DNA from: Octopus bimaculoides
Lineage: Eukaryota
DNA: 64,000 nt
Assembly: GCF_001194135.2 (NCBI RefSeq)
Contig: NC_069001.1
Span: forward strand, 34,197,172 to 34,261,171
Reading direction: 5' to 3'
Below, in pieces: positions 63,681 through 64,000 of the stretch. A model generated the notes under the pieces. That model did not search any database. It saw nothing but the letters and a program-made list of their open reading frames with translations, and had not been told where the DNA came from. The position numbers and the translations under genes are program-made. Each line of letters opens with the position of its first letter. Position 1 is the first letter of the stretch.

Positions 63681-64000
63681 CGACTGCACACTTCTGTGCA
63701 TGCATTAACATTTAGAGGCTAAATGTCTGAGTTGATAAAATACTGGAGATTCACCAACTCCTAAGCCATTCTGATCATCTTCTGCTTTCACTTCGTCTTT
63801 TATTTTTGCTTTGTAAGTTTTCTTCTGTTTTCCTTATTTATTTATTTATTTTCCTTTACTTACTTTTTTTAGTTTTTATTTTGCTCAAATTTCTTTCCTT
63901 TCTACAACCATGCTTTTGTTTTTCCTTCATGTTGCAAAAATGAAACTGGTTCTATTATCTATTCACTGGTTGAACAATTTCTTTCCAGTGAAAAACAAAA

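Overview
Eukaryotic, AT-rich, repeat-dense and essentially non-coding DNA (intergenic or a very large intron) from a gapped draft assembly with 12 N-runs. The repeat content points to an octopod cephalopod, probably Octopus. This is an inference from the tRNA-headed SINEs with internal (TA)n/(TG)n, the SINE/RTE tails ending in ...GGACGTTAAA(TGA)n, and the extreme CA/TA microsatellite load. No intact protein-coding gene, rRNA, true tRNA gene or CRISPR array is supported; almost the whole ORF track is microsatellite or N-run artefact. Supported features: dozens of copies of about five SINE-like families; an internally deleted DD37D (maT-type) Tc1/mariner transposon at 60813-61701; a 217-bp mariner-derived MITE; four or five TTAA-flanked piggyBac-type MITEs; decayed RTE, Penelope and APE-endonuclease fragments; and three unrelated long fold-back elements with arms of about 135 bp. 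Host-gene signals are limited to short splice-site-defined candidates: a minus-strand start-codon exon (MSFGNQLHRYS, 50626-50658) and a plus-strand 18-nt microexon (32310-32327). I cannot claim a new biological system with confidence. The best leads are the hairpin/inverted-repeat landscape (possible ADAR substrates) and those two exon candidates.
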